From NCBI GenBank assembly GCA_017499595.2, contig CM039001.1, positions 1 through 64,000 of the forward strand: a stretch of 64,000 nt of DNA. The letters run 5' to 3'. A program made the translations under genes and the position numbers. The notes under the pieces were generated by a model, which ran no database searches, was not told where the DNA came from, and saw only the letters and a list, made by a program, of their open reading frames with translations. Position 1 is the stretch's first letter; every line of letters starts with the position of its first letter. Shown here piece by piece: positions 32,824 through 47,400 of the stretch. The stretch comes from Psilocybe cubensis (lineage: Eukaryota).

Positions 32824-34119
32824 CCTCGACGATTGCTCAACGAATCCACACACCGTGTTGCAGGTGTTTTAAAGAGGTCAGTAACTACATTCTGAAGCCA
32901 TTTTCATACTCACTCACATTTTGTTTGACGTGCCGCCACCTTTGGATGATACTTTGCACGGAAGGTCAATGTTGTTGAAAGCCCTTGAGAAGGTTAGCAA
33001 CCCTGTCAATCTCGTTTTAACACCGTACTCACTGACGTGTCCAGCCTGAATGCCTCATCTCGCGTTGAACGTGGCCCACCGACGTGTCCTCCATCCATCC
33101 CAGCTCGCAAATGACGCGTTCAAGTGCTCGTCTCGTTCTGCAATTCACCTGTGTCTCGGAGGCTGTCCGCACCACCATCCATTCCCGCACGCCCGCATGC
33201 TGTGCCACCTCGTGAAGACTTGCTTGTAGAACATTGAAGGGGCTTCAAACGGTGAGTAACTATGTGCGCATCATATTAATATTCTACTCACCAATATGGC
33301 CAGCATACCCGGCTGATGTTGTGTTGGACACACTCCGCCAACACAGGCTGCATGCATCCCGCCACATCCGCATGCTGTTCCTCCTCGAAAACATGTCGAA
33401 CGTTGAAGGACCTTGAGAAGGTCAGTGAGGTGTTAATGTTGTCATGATGCCGTACTCACCAACATAGCCAGCGTACTCGCACCATGCCGTGTTGTGTTCA
33501 ACAAGGTCCGCCCACCCACTCATTCACCTGTGTCCCGCCTTGACAACAACATGATGGAATCACATTGAAGCTTCTCGCACGCCGTCCCGTCTTGACAACG
33601 ATACATTTTCCAACATCCAAGAACGATGGAAAGTCTGTAAGCACTCACCAAACTTGACATCTGAATCTATTGACACCTCCCCAAAGTCAACTTGCATCGC
33701 TATCCACCATGTACCCTGCATTTTGCGAGTGTTTTGAGCTTCCGTTTCTTCCGAAAATTCCCATTTGCAAAGTGCAAATGAGACCGAGTGCTGCTCACCT
33801 AAAGCCGTCTGGTCTACATTGCATTGCAGTGTAGTTGTGATTAGTCAAACATATGTGTAATTTCATGAATATTTTGCCACCATTCAATGACGACCATGGT
33901 TAGATGTCTGGGACAATGGGAATATGGAGATGGGAGGAGGGGAGCGAGAGCGAGAGCAATGAAGTGGCGTAGGTGGGAGACAAAGGCACTGCGTATATGC
34001 ATCATAGTACGCACATGCAAGGTGGTGGATGACGTGTCTCAACAGGTGGACTCAATGCGCGGAGGATGGACACTGAACTGCACTGACACCTTACAAAATG
34101 TACAGAGGAGCTGCAGGTT

Positions 34120-34888
34120 CGGAGTTTGAATGTCCTTGACAACAGCAAGGACAAACAACGCGACTCTTGGGCGGCGAGTGTCGGCGGTGGCGGGGGCTGC
34201 AACTGCGGCTGCGTGGGGGTGGCAGTGCAACGACACACAGCAGAGTGTGTGTCGTTGTGGGCGGCAAGTGGAGGCGGCGGCAGGACGAAAGGTGGCAAGT
34301 GGAGGCGGCGCGGCGGCAGCAACAGGCGACGAGTGGAGGCCGCGGTGGCAGAAGCGGCCCGGAGTGGCGGCACAATAACACGCAGCGGCAAGCAAAGGCG
34401 TCGGGACGGCGAGCGCAGGCGTCGGGCAGGCGGCGAGCGCAAGTGTTGGGACGGTGAGCGCAGGCGTTAGGAGACAGGCGGGAGGCCGGCCTCCACTCGT
34501 GCGTACGACGCGCGTACAAGTCGAGGCTGGTCTCAGGTGGCCTCGACACATTTATTTTTAGACGGAGGCCGGCCTCCAGTGCCTGTCAAAAAATATTTTT
34601 AGACGGAGGCCGGCCTCCAGTGACCTCCATCTATTTGGAGGCCGGCCTCCAGTGACCTCCATCAATTTGGAGGCCGGCCTCCAGTGGCCTCCATCAATTT
34701 GGAGGCCGGCCTCGGTAAAATACACATTTAATTACATAGCACCTCCGTATGTACAAAATAAAATATTTTGAAAATGTATTTGGGGGTTTTTGGGGTCCAG
34801 GAATCCGAATCTGGCATCAGATTTCAGCAATTCTGAATAGAATGCCCAATGCAACGAAGGCCCCCCCTTCGAGGGGGAATAAGCTTAG
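34120..34888 (+). mobile_element. GC-rich element, copy C
   Basis: Begins near the shared GGAGTTTGAATGTCCTTGACAACAGCAAGGAC motif. Same array. Ends AATAAGCTTAG. Confidence 0.55.
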
Positions 34889-37800
34889 AACGCAGGTAAG
34901 CTACGCTGTCCAATACATAAAAAAGAGCTGACATACCCGAAATGCGATTGCATGGGCAGACACCGCCGCCGGAGCTCACCAATCGACTTTTCACACTCTC
35001 TATCAAAGCTTGCACGTCAATAAGGGACCCCGCCATGCAGAAAGATTTCTAAAGGCTGAATACGGATTGACATACCAACCAGTTGATACACGCTTGCCGC
35101 GGCGCTGACGGTGTGCTCGACATTGACAGAACAACTTCAAGGATGCACCATGGTGAGTTGCATTCCATGAACGACGTGCTGGATGCTCACCTCCCGCTCA
35201 TTGCTGGGTCACATTTCCATTTCCCAAGTACACATTTTCCCCTGCAAAAACCGTTGAGTTGTTGATATTGCTGAATTTTGCATTGGTGAATGCTTGAAAT
35301 CCTGCGATGGTAAATGGCGCTGTGAGAAGATTACTCGACCTACAAGTGAAAACCTCGACATGACACCCTACCTGTCGGAGTCATCGAATGACTCAAAGTG
35401 CTCATTTATGGCGTGCTTTGATATTCGATGGTAATGTAGAGGTATTGTCTGTATTGTTTGTTAAGAGATATTATGAGGTGCGATGGTCTCCTGCTTGATT
35501 CCATGCTTCATTTAAACACCCTTGTTGAGTCGTGTGGGTGTTGTAAAAATAGTCCAAGTGTAGTGTCATTTGCCACCCAATTTGGAAAGCTTTGTTGCAT
35601 ACTGACACGGCCTGTCGAAGTTGCTTGATGGTTGACAAAAGCGACAAGTATATGACAAGCAGTTAAAATATATTTGTTCAGAATATTCGCTAAATTGACA
35701 GACAGCTGCCACGGCTACGTCTAAGATTTGAGTTCACCTTGTTCTGAATCGTATAATGCATTGTATCCACCCCAAATTCAGTGGTCGATGTGCACAATGT
35801 AGACGTCGCACCTGTGCACAAGGTTCATGTTGTTACATTGAATCTTAACATTCCATCTAAATCTGTTTTTATTGCTTATACGCGCAATGTAATACTTATT
35901 CACCTTGTACATCTGTCATGGATTCGTGTTTCGTAGGTGAATCTGTCCCTGAGTAGCATAGCCAGACAGCTGGCCAGACAGTTAAATGACGGAGGAGTCG
36001 AAGAGGTTCTGCCACACGCTTCTGTATAACACATCACACATCATTGGGACGAACAGACAAGCAGACAGACGCACAAACATGCAATGAACAGCCGGCTAGA
36101 CACACGGACACACAACCACTCACCCAGAACAAGTACAAGTTACGAAAGGTAAATACATACAATCCAGAAGAACACCGACAACGCGTGTCGCGTCGTGTTT
36201 AGCTTACCCCGCTGCGTACCCGGATCAGCGTCTAGGTGCCGGCGTTAGGAAATTTAAGTTCGGCGTCCTGTGCATAGACGCCTAGCCAGATGCATAGATG
36301 CACGAGGGTCTGGTTTTTCCAGCTAGCCAGCAATGCAGCGGCCAGAGACGAAGCGACTCAAAGCTAGCCATACAGACTACGACGAGACAGCGATACAGTG
36401 TCTGCCTCTATTTGCGAATCAAATTTTCCACTTGTACTAGAACAAACCCCAAATAGCAACAACAAGGAGATTCGGCGACGACCACCACCACGCAAGGGCT
36501 GCATCCGATTCCAAGTTCGAGATTTATTCAAAGGTAAGAGTTGCACAGAGAACGTACATATCGTGTTCCTGGTCATAGAGAGGCGTTGCAGGTAATCGGG
36601 CATTGAGCATATAGTGGGCAGGTTCAGGTTTGAGCGTGGAGAGGCGGACGGTGGACAATGGAGCACGCAGAGCCAGTACAACACGGAGCAGAACACGAAA
36701 TTGAAAGAAAGCAAGCTCATTAATGCTCCCACGGTGCTCCGTTGCTAGATACAGACGGATAGCGCTCTGCCCCGCACGCAATGGCAAGCGACAACCCAGA
36801 ACATTGAGAATGTCGAGCCATAGGCGGTTAGTGGTGTGTATGAGAGCCGAAACATTCACTTACAAAACCATCGTTCCAACCTCCTAGCACTTACACCCCG
36901 GCCTCTCGCCGGGATCAACCACATCTCCATCTCTATCTGCACCCCAGACCCCGGCTTCAAACCCGTGCACATCAACGCATGTGCACTGCCCTTCTACATA
37001 GAGGTGCGTTTATTTACCTTTGTTAATCATTCCATCAACCCGACTCCTGTCATCTTACATCTACCTATCAATCCAGTCGTCGCCGTTGCGCACATCTGCA
37101 TACACAAACAGAGAAGTGCGGTGCTCACCATTACTCCGCATCCCTTCTCTCTGTGACTACCGACCGAGAACCGCCGCCCATGTGGTGGTCTGCATGGTGG
37201 AGGTCGAATGCTGCCGAATATGTCCACTCGTACCTACGTGCCAGGCAAACTAGGCACCCAAGAGGAGGTGGCGCGTGTCTGATTGTGTTGTGTGAGGTGT
37301 CGGCGATGTGTGATGGAGCATGGGTTCGTCGACGAGGCTGTTTTCACGATGAAGAATGGGTAGCGGGTACTCACTTTGTCATTTCTCCCCCGCTCACTGT
37401 CTCCATCTATTCCATCAATGCTGAGCACGATGCAAACACCCGACAACGAGGACATCAGGATGGGGATAGTGTGTTGTTGTGCGAGAAAGTGAGTACTCAC
37501 TTTGTAAACGCGCCATTATCCCACCAACGAGATGCAGTGTTTTCTTCTAGTGGGTACTCACTTGGTTACGGCGCTGTCATATATCCCTCCCAGACTATTG
37601 TCATCAACGCTGAGATCTTTGCTGTCTACGGCGAGGTCTATGACAAGCTTAGGGTAGGCATTAGCAGTGTTATTCTGCGAGTGTGTACTCACTTGGTCAC
37701 TGTGCTGTCATATCTCACTCTCAGCCTCCAGCTAGTCCCCCTATCCCATCAACGACAAGGTCGACGACAAGCCTAAGGTGGACATTAACAGTGTTACTCG

Positions 37801-38619
37801 ACAAAAAGGCGGTACTCACGTTGTTACTGCCCCTATGCACCTCTGTGAACAACCAATGCCGAGTCTAGGGTGCCTCCACACACTGGCATTACCATTCTGT
37901 GCGTCTTTTGCTGATACAAGTCTGTCCAGTCGGTTGAGCTCTGCCAATAACGAGTCTAGGCATCAGCAGTCATTCCCCAAGGTATCGGCGCTCACGTCTT
38001 CACTGCGCTGTCGTCCCCTCGCTCCCTGCCTCCAGCTATTCACTATGGAACCCCTAAGCAAATGACGTGGCGCACGATGACGTACGTGCTTTAAGGTCTG
38101 TGCCAACGGCCAACGCCGTGTCTAGGCAACAGCGGTCGTTTCGCAAGGGTGTCGGTACTCACGTCGTCACTGCGCTGTCCTGCCCTCACTCCTGCTATTC
38201 ACTTTGGGAACCCCTGAGCAAGTGACATGACACACAAAGAGGTGCGTGCTCACCCTCAGATACATGTAGCCACTATACCATCGTCATTTCGCAGAAATGG
38301 TGGGGGCAATCACCTGGTCAGTGAGTCGGGTGTCCCTGTTTCGTCGGCGGTGGCGGCAGTCTGCAGAATGAGTGACACCGCGACCCGTCGAGCGACAAAC
38401 ACTTACCATTCCTTTGTGCAGGTGCGGCCGGAGAGTGGTGCACTGTAACGCTGCCACGTCATTGTCAGTTTGTGGTCCTCAACAAAAGGTGTGTTGACTT
38501 GCCATGAAAGACTGCAATGACTGTCAGCTCGCTGTCCAGTTCAGATGCGATGCTGGATAGAGATGTGAGGATATCCGACATGACGCAGACCAAATTGGTC
38601 TTAAAGGTGATTCGGAGCC

Positions 38620-40346
38620 AGGGCGCCTCAAAGGGTGGGTATTCAATGGGCATATGGTTTCCAGCGGGCTCGGTTAAAGAAGAATCTAGCGATGATGTCG
38701 AGTCCTGTATACAATATGTTAGAAAACATCGTCACAGAATGAAATGTACAGCTTACAGGGTTCTTTGTTTTGCCTTTCGGTCCGTGGTGCTTGAATGTCC
38801 AGAGTACCCGTCCCTTTAAGATTAACGAATCGATTCCCGAATAGATAATTCCACCCCATAGCCACAAACGCGTTCCGAACGATGGCCGCAAGTTGCGCAC
38901 TTCATGCAGATCCTTCTGCACCCATGACCTGTGCAACGTGTGCAACGAAGTATCCTACGATGACATGTCAGCAGCGGCTGCAACAGTGCCATCTGACGAT
39001 TCCGCTTCACTAGGGTGCACAGCGTTCCAAGCAGCTTTGGCGGCAAGAATGCCGCTCTTCATCGCGTTATGGGTTCCTTTAATCTTTGCAATGTTGACGA
39101 ATCCAGCGGAGAAGCCGACGAGAGCACCACCAGGGAAGTTTAGCTTGGGCACGGACTGCAAGCCTCCTTCGTTCAACACGCGCGCAGCGTAAGAGAGGCG
39201 TTCGGCTTTGGGGAATGTGAGGAGAGCGCGGAAGTATGGGTGGTGTTTCATGCGCTTTCGAGGGATGCTTCGTTAGCTATGAAAAAGGAATATCGCGCAA
39301 GAAAGCGCACCTGGAATTCACAATCCGGGCTCAGCCATGGATTTTTGTAATCCAGCCCAATTACTAGCCCCAGACTGACGAGCCCTCCATCCATGTGGTA
39401 CACCCATCCACCGCCGTAAGTGTCTTTGTCTAGAGGCCATTCGAGCATGTGCACGACCTCTCCGGGTTTATGTTTCTCCGGATCGACACGCCAAACCTCC
39501 TTCAGACCGATTCCATACGTCTGGGGCTCTGCCTCCTTGCGAGGATTGTGCAAGATAATAGCTTGCTTCGACAGACTTCCGTGAGCACCTTCGGCAAGAA
39601 GAGTTACCTTTGCACGGAACGCCATCCCAGGCTCAAACGAAGATTTCATGCGATAGTTCTTCGTCAAGCCAACTTCGTTGGTGATCACGCCCTGCACGCT
39701 ACGAAATTTGTTGCCCCATGGATTGGTGGAATCGGGTTCGTCGCTGAGAAGTAGCTGCGTGCCTGCGAAGCCGGGATATATCTCGACGCCGTATTTGTTC
39801 TCGGCCACGCCGGCGAGCCACCTGGTAAATTGTGAGAGCGAAGCAACGTAGTTGCCCTTGTTAGACATTTGTGGGGGGTGGGGTATTGGCAGAGAGATTT
39901 TGGGGGTAAGGAAGAGCATTTTTGAAGAGGGTTTAGGGTTGTGTAAGAGGGTGGTCAGACATGGATGTCCAGTCTGGCAGCAATTCATCCAGTGCGCGAG
40001 GTTCAATCACAGCACCAGAGACAATATGGGAACCTACACGAGATCTTCAATGCCCTGAGATAAGAACGGCGAGTTTCTGACTGCACGCACCTATTTCAGT
40101 GCCCTTCTCGAGCACAACAACACGGATTTCGTTCCCTTTTTCACGTTCGATCTGCTTCAGGCGAATCGCAGCACTGATACCAGCAGGTCCACCACCGACA
40201 ATGCAGACATCGACCTCATCCTCCGCCCGCTCGACTGCGGCGGCGTTGAATGGCGCTGCCGAGGAGTCGTTCCTGTGCCAGACTGAGGTCTTGAAGGACC
40301 TTACCAGACTCAAAGCTGGCTTCAACGGTTTCCTGTACCGCAACAT
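38620..40346 (-). pseudogene. ETFDH: Electron transfer flavoprotein-ubiquinone oxidoreductase (ETF-QO) pseudogene, intron-containing and 3'-truncated
   Basis: [75 protein letters not shown] introns (e.g. 40090-40034). Frameshift ~39935 and in-frame stop at 38955-38957. Similarity is lost after PIEYPPFEAP. Confidence 0.88.
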
Positions 40347-43300
40347 GGGATGTGGAACGAAGGAAGGGTATGATTTCCACCATAACCTATTGGCTGGGTG
40401 TCACATGATTATCTGGCGCGACGTTGGCCCGCGTTCCGGCGAGTCATCTCGACAACCCTTCAACTCTCCATCCACATCTGTTATCAGGGGTTCTGAAAGA
40501 GTTCTGACAACCGTGGTATACTCTCAAATCAAGGTTCTGCGATGGGCGTCCCTTCAACACGACCCACATGGCCTACCGCTGCTCGCATCCAGAGGTTGAG
40601 CTCAAGGCCCTCGATATCTTCAACACCAAATCCGATAGAGACCAGCATAACACCCTCCTAGATCTCCTCGATGTGTACCCTGACTGGGTTGTATGGGCTC
40701 CGAAGCTGGATCACGCACGACTGGTCGAACATTTTCGTCGGGTACGGCTTCTTCACGATTCAGGAGTGGATTCTGGCTGATCCATAACATCCAGATGGAA
40801 AGCATACCATCTAAGAGGAATGAAGTCCCTCCATTGCGTATGTTGCAAGTGTCACTTGAACGATTCGTGCTTCAGGCGCTCATCGACATTGCAGTTTCGT
40901 CGAAGCCCTCACTTACCTCAGCGAAGATGATGATTCAGAATTGCACACCGACACAACGGCATACTGGATGCACCAGCGATTCGGGGTGTCTCCCTTATTC
41001 TTCAGAGCGGTACTCTCTAGAAATTTCACTGGAAACGCCTGTCTCCTCCGCACTGAAGGAGGAAAACGGATTTCTCTCGGTTCTTCCCTTGTTTGCTGCC
41101 ATTCTTGACTTACCTCAATCGATGTCCTAGATGGACTATACCGCTTCAGTTCCGGTCTAGGAGCTCTTATGAGCCGCGTCAGGTTCTCGCACAGTCTTCG
41201 CACAAATAGGTCCTCTGTGCTCTCTGGCTCTTGTGGCAGTGGTACCAAAGTCGCGTAGACGCAAAGTCTCTGGGGCTGGAGAACCGGCTGACTCTTGTTG
41301 ACGACACTCATGGTACCTCGGAGAAGGATTTAGAAGCTTTGTTGGGTTAAGAGGGTATAACAATTTTTCTAGCTTTGTATTAACTGTATCTCGCAGATTG
41401 AAAGATGTAACACGACTTTATACCGGACAACGTTAGCAATACTAAACGGTGCCTCTAAGCTGTCTGACTATGCAAAGGGGTGGTGACTAGGTCCATGCAA
41501 ATTTTCAGGAATCCTCGAGCCTGCCGGCTGCGAACGACGCTATATCTTTATCGTTCTCTGCGTTGGCGTAACAATGCGCTTGCCGCTTGTTTACAAACTT
41601 TCCCCCACAGATTTTAATGTACAGTGGTGAGTTCATCCCTGCCAAACCGAAACTACCGACACCTGTCCAAGTGTATCATTCTTTCAATAAATCTGAACTT
41701 GTCAACTGGTAAACCCCTAGTATTGGATTCTGGTCCATCTGTCAGTGACTCATTTTCCTCTATTAGCCTGTAGACAGTTAGTCCGACAATTTAAAACACA
41801 AATTACAGAATAGCCAGGATCGGTGATAATTAGTCTACCTTGTTGTTGAAGGAGTCCTAGTCTCGTCTGTGATACAACCGCCCCTCGCATTCTGAGCCGC
41901 TCCTGACCATCTCCCTTGTAGGAATGTGTATGACAACGAGTGGAGGATCTGGGAGGTAGAAGTCAACGACGCACGGTGAGTCCACTCGATCGTATGTACG
42001 TCCACGCGAATGGAATGTCAATTTGTTCTCCAGATTCAAATCAATCCGAACAGGCATTGGAGAACAACAAACAGAAGCGACTTTACCATGCCAATTTCGC
42101 GACGGGGCGTTTATCAAATCAATATGCCGCTCCTCGTCTCCCCATCCGTTTTTACACCACTTCTCAAACATATGTATTCAGCTTAATTCTATAGTATATG
42201 GACTAGTGCTAATTATCTGCGTAGCGTTGCCTTGAGAAACTACTTGGATTATGGAGTATGTCTTATTCGAAGGAGATACGTGGAGGCTCTCTTGGGCCAT
42301 TTCAACACATTTTGGCGACTCAAAAGATGTCTAATTAGCCATGCCCCTATGTCAGTATGTAATAAAAACTGATGTATATTGAGAACCTTCTTTATTGCTC
42401 GCGTTTTCGCGCGAACGGACATGCAGGTACACACCTTTTAAATGTGTTTCTGTGTATGTATTACCATTTAAACGAACATACGGTCCTTTGCAACCGTTTA
42501 GATAGATGCCGTGAACATATACAATTTAGTTGAAATTCTGCTAATGAAATGATAAGCGCCCAGACGCGTCCTGGGCTTTACATTTGATTTTCCAGGTATG
42601 AAAAGTGATAATACACTGCGACTGATGTCTTAAATCATACCATCACTCCTATACATCCTTCAAAGATGCCCGATACCATCAATGTCCACCCACAATGGCG
42701 TAATGTCACCATAACGTATGCACACATCCTCCTCCCCAAATTCCGCATTTTGCACCCATTGCAGCCGCTTCCTTTTCTTTGCGACATCCTTTCCCGATAA
42801 CGTAAGACTAATCGGCTCGGACACAGCCTACCTTGAGACCTAGAAGCACGCTGGAAATGAGCTGCGACGAGATGCTCTTTGACGGAGAATACTTACGTGG
42901 CGTGCGTTTCCGCCTTGTGGGAGCGTTTTTGACCGGGTTTGTGTGTATCTTTGGAGTTTACAGGGGTTGGATGGGATGTATCTGTTCTCATATGGTCACA
43001 ATTTCAGGTGCTGGAATGCAATTTGTGAAACTGACGACATATTGTTGCTGCGACTTGTAGATATCAAAATACGTCGTTTGGGACAAATTCAGAGATGGAT
43101 ACGTTGAATATGGGTATGTGAGATGTAATTTCTACTAGTATGTATGTGAGTTCACTGTTCTGGATGCATCGAATTGAATACAAGGACCCACAACGACGTT
43201 AAGCGCCTGACAAAGAAACAAGGAATAGGATTGAAAACCGTGAAATAGAAAGACATAGTACAGGACAGGGTTACCCAATGAGTGCATGCTAATCCCTCTT

Positions 43301-44334
43301 TACAGTCATATCAACCCACACAGGTCAATTTTTTCAACAAACTCACCAACAATTACACCAATGCACCTATGCACATCCTCCCCGCATCCCGATTCGCGAT
43401 TCGAGCCATCCCAATTGCCTCCATTCCACACGGCACATCCCGCTCTTACCACCTAACTACTCGGCTCCGCTAGCGAGCTTTAAAATTTTTTTGTTCTTCA
43501 AATCCCTAGAAGATTTGTGAAATGAGAAACAACGACACTCATTGCAGCATGGTACGTACGTGGAATCCGGTTCTGCACTGTTCTCGCGGATTGGAGGGGT
43601 GGGGAATTTTGGATGGTGCATTTGGGTGGGTGTGAATAGGAGATCTTGGTGTGGATGTGAGGTTGGTGTAGTGTAGAAGAGATGCAGGTGTCTTGTACGT
43701 GCCCTCATCGTCTAATCAACACTCTTACTCCAATATGCTGATGTTCAGGAGCCCCTGAGGGATGTTGTTTGCTTGATTCAGTCCGTGAGTGAGTGTTAAA
43801 GTTGTACTGCAGCTGCTAATCCGTTGTGGAAATCAATATTGTTGAGTTGCATGCAGTTAAGCGCCGAAATAAACAAGTTCTATATACATATAATTGAATG
43901 CACAAATCTCGTATAAAAACGATCCATATACCTACCAGCATACCAAAGATTTTCAAACACTCCAAGGCATCCGCAAAGCACAACTGATTGTGCAATTCCA
44001 TCCCATGTAACAGGATTCTCTCCTCGCCCAAATTGCCGTTTCACGACATTTCAATGCATTTATTTTCGATTTCGATCCGATATAGTACTAGGCTCGGCTA
44101 TTCATAATGTCAGATGCACTAGTGGGGACACTATGTTCAATTTTTTGCATCCAGAAGATGGAATATGTACGCACTGCAACGAACACGAAATGCGCAAAGC
44201 ATCAATTTCTGCTCGTAGTGTACGTACATACATACGAGTCTTGAATGCGTGAATTGAATACCGCATTCCACAAATCGCAGTAAATCAAACATAGCAGTTT
44301 ACCAACTGCACCAGAACGCCGTGAAATGCACATT

Positions 44335-44495
44335 GGATACATTGGTACATACACACCAATCCTAACCTGCTACATATATAATTGTATTTACCAACCCTAA
44401 CCAGCCTAATCTGTGCTTTTATGGTATTATCAAATCCCAACCAACCCTAAAATCTAAACCCTAACCAACGCTAATATGTGCTTTGTGGTGGTGTA
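44335..44495. repeat. Dispersed repeat with degenerate telomere-like motifs (other copies ~48695-48870 and ~61865-62060)
   Basis: Shared CCAACCCTAACCAGCCTAATCTGTGCTTTT...CCCAACCAACCCTAA...AAACCCTAACC. Confidence 0.8.
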
Positions 44496-47400
44496 TATCG
44501 CACATTTTTGTTGTCTGAGCAGTTCAATAGTGTATTTAGAGTGCTAGAGTCGTGGAATAGGGTACTCAGTACCTGAATCAATGCTTCAATTAAGTGTTGT
44601 ACGGCTGAGCAAGGTTAGAAATATCAAAATATGTTAAGCGCCCGAATACACTTTCAACACAATGAGGCAGAAACAAGAGAATACCTCAATGTTAAAGCCA
44701 ATACTCAGATACTACTGTACGTTTGTATAATACTCTATACCCTACAGTACTCCTATGACCCATACCAAGTCAACAATCACAAAAAATATATCAAAACTTC
44801 AACTCACATACATGTCCACATCCTCCCCCTCCCCCAATTCTCAATTCCAGCCTGTTTCCAACGTTTCCTTTCGTTATGGGTCTTTTCGGGCAATAGCGGG
44901 GACCTGCTCAGCTCGGATAAACTGCCGTTATGCAACCTAGAAGGTCTGCGAAATGAGAGAAATGACATCCGTCCCTTAGCATTTGGAGGATTCAACGTAC
45001 GTGGCGTGCCATTCTGCGTCGTTTCCGCGTCTTTCCCGGAAAAAGGAGCTTCAGTGTACGTTGGTGGTCATGTAATTCCGCCGATTAAGCCCAGAGTAAT
45101 GCTTGGTAGGTCAGAAATTTTGTTCTATTTGCGTTCTGTCGTGGGGAGTCATGCCCTCATTATTCAAATAATGTTTTTACCTAGAATACGTCTGTTTCAA
45201 TATAAAGCCTCCCCTCATTGAAGTGAAATTTACCTAAACTGTCCGTATGTCTTTGAGATTTACTGTGCCCGGAATGTGATATACAACATTGCATTGAATG
45301 TAACCATCAATTAAGCGCCGAAAATGCGCATCTTTGCATACAACAGAGATCACATACCTGTACTCGGCTGATATAGACGTCAGCAAACCCCTACTACACC
45401 CCTCTAAACCACCATCCCAGCTGAACATTTCCAACAGCCTACTCAATCCCCATCTAACCGGATCCGCTCCTCCTCTCCCAAATCAGCATTCCACCCCATT
45501 TCAATTGCATTCTTCAACTTCGGCTCCGACACGACACTAGCTTGAGAACCCTTGGCTATCCATAACGGCAGATCGACTAGCTGAAGCAGCGGCGTTCATT
45601 TGTTGCTGCTCAGAAGATGGATTCGCTGGGTCAACTCCAAGACAATTGTCCGCACACCAGGAGTGCTAGAACGCCATTTCTGCGTCGATTTGATTAATTG
45701 GGTGTTTCAGGTGAATGTTTCTCAGTACGTACGAGTTCCCGAGTGAAGAAAATTTGTAAAATTTTGAGAGATTGTTTGAGATACATTGAGATTTGGGTAT
45801 CCGCTCTTTGGGATATTTTGATTATCAGGGCGTATACAACAAATTACAAGCTTTGGACATAGCTTCTACAATACTTATCTGTATCCTGTTGTTCTGCATG
45901 ACTTGTGCTTATGCACTAAATAGTCCTGTCGAGTGTTTTTTCAATCTGCTCAAACATGTTAGCTCAGGAAGACTGAGGGATGCAACATGCACGTCACTCA
46001 AAGCTGGATTTATTCCATGAAGCACGAACACTTGCTGTCAATTTGCGTCGTTCATGAAGCATCATACGAGAATCTCTGTTGTGGGCAGAGAGCTAGAGGC
46101 TGTGCACAATAAAGGGCGCCTACTTCGGTGAGTTTTATTCGTGTGTGTCTTGACGATGACGTTGAAAATGATTGCTAGCACGGTGCAGAAGGTTGTGGCG
46201 CGACGAGGATCCGTGGAGATGGGCGAAGGAAGGTGTTGTAGGGTGCTGTATGCGACAGGAGATGAGCTAGAGAACATTGTTACTGCAGGTATGTACCGTT
46301 GACTTGGTGAATGACCCAGGCTGACAGCGAAATTGAGGCGCGAGTGATTGCTGTCGATACGCCTTGACTGCGACCTCGTACCATGGGGGTTGGTAAGGTC
46401 CTTGTCGGGCTCGTGTTGTTGAGGTTGAGGTGATAATGAGAGTGGAAAGAGGGGATGCCCGGATGTTGTGGGGTGTTGTGGCTGTCTGTGTGAGTGTTCT
46501 TTGTGGATATCGAGTGCAGGCTAACTGTGCAGTTCCTTAACACCACGACGGCGCACTGAACACTGCCCGTCAAATTTATGCTGACGTTGTCACTGGGTGG
46601 TATGTCAGCCTGCTGAATGTGCGTTGTAAAACACAACGATGGGTCGTGGTGCTGAAGGGCAAGCAGGTGTTATGGGTATCGTATGGGCAGTGTCTGCTGA
46701 CAAGAGATGAAATGAAGGTCTGGGAAGCTTTGAAAACGATGTGACGTACATTTAACGCAATCAATGTTGAGCAGTACGAGGCTGACAGAAGAATTGAGGT
46801 GCGAGGCGTTTCAATAGTCAACAGTTGACGACTGGCGGTGTTTGTACCAAGAGGACGGGTGAGTTCCTTGTCGGGCACGATGTGACAGTTGGTAAACACG
46901 ATGGCTAGTAAGTAATGTGCGACGATGGACCCAGTATGCGTTCGGAACAGGTCGAGTGAGAGCAAGTGTTGTGGGTATTGTATGAGAAGTGTCTCCAGCC
47001 GGGGGATGAGTTGGGCGTCTAGAAATCGTTGAATGACAACGGTACGTACCTTTTTCGCAGTCGATGTCGAGTACCAGGCCGAAAGCAAGGTTGAGGCGCA
47101 ATGACTCGCTCTTGATCAGGAATTGTCCATCGGCGAGGTCGTACAATGAGGATCTCTGTTGTGGGCGGAGAGCTTGAGCCTGTACATAATGAATGGCGCC
47201 TACGTTGGTGAGTTTTATGCTTTTGCATGCCGACAACGATGTTGAAACCGATGAGCAGCACGATGAGCAAGGTTGAGGTGTGAGGATTGGTAGAATTGAG
47301 GTGGAGGCATGTTGTGAAGTAGCAGGTGGAGTGTCTGTTGACAGGGAATGAATTGGACACCTGGAAACCTTTGAATGACAGTACGTACCTTTATCACGAT

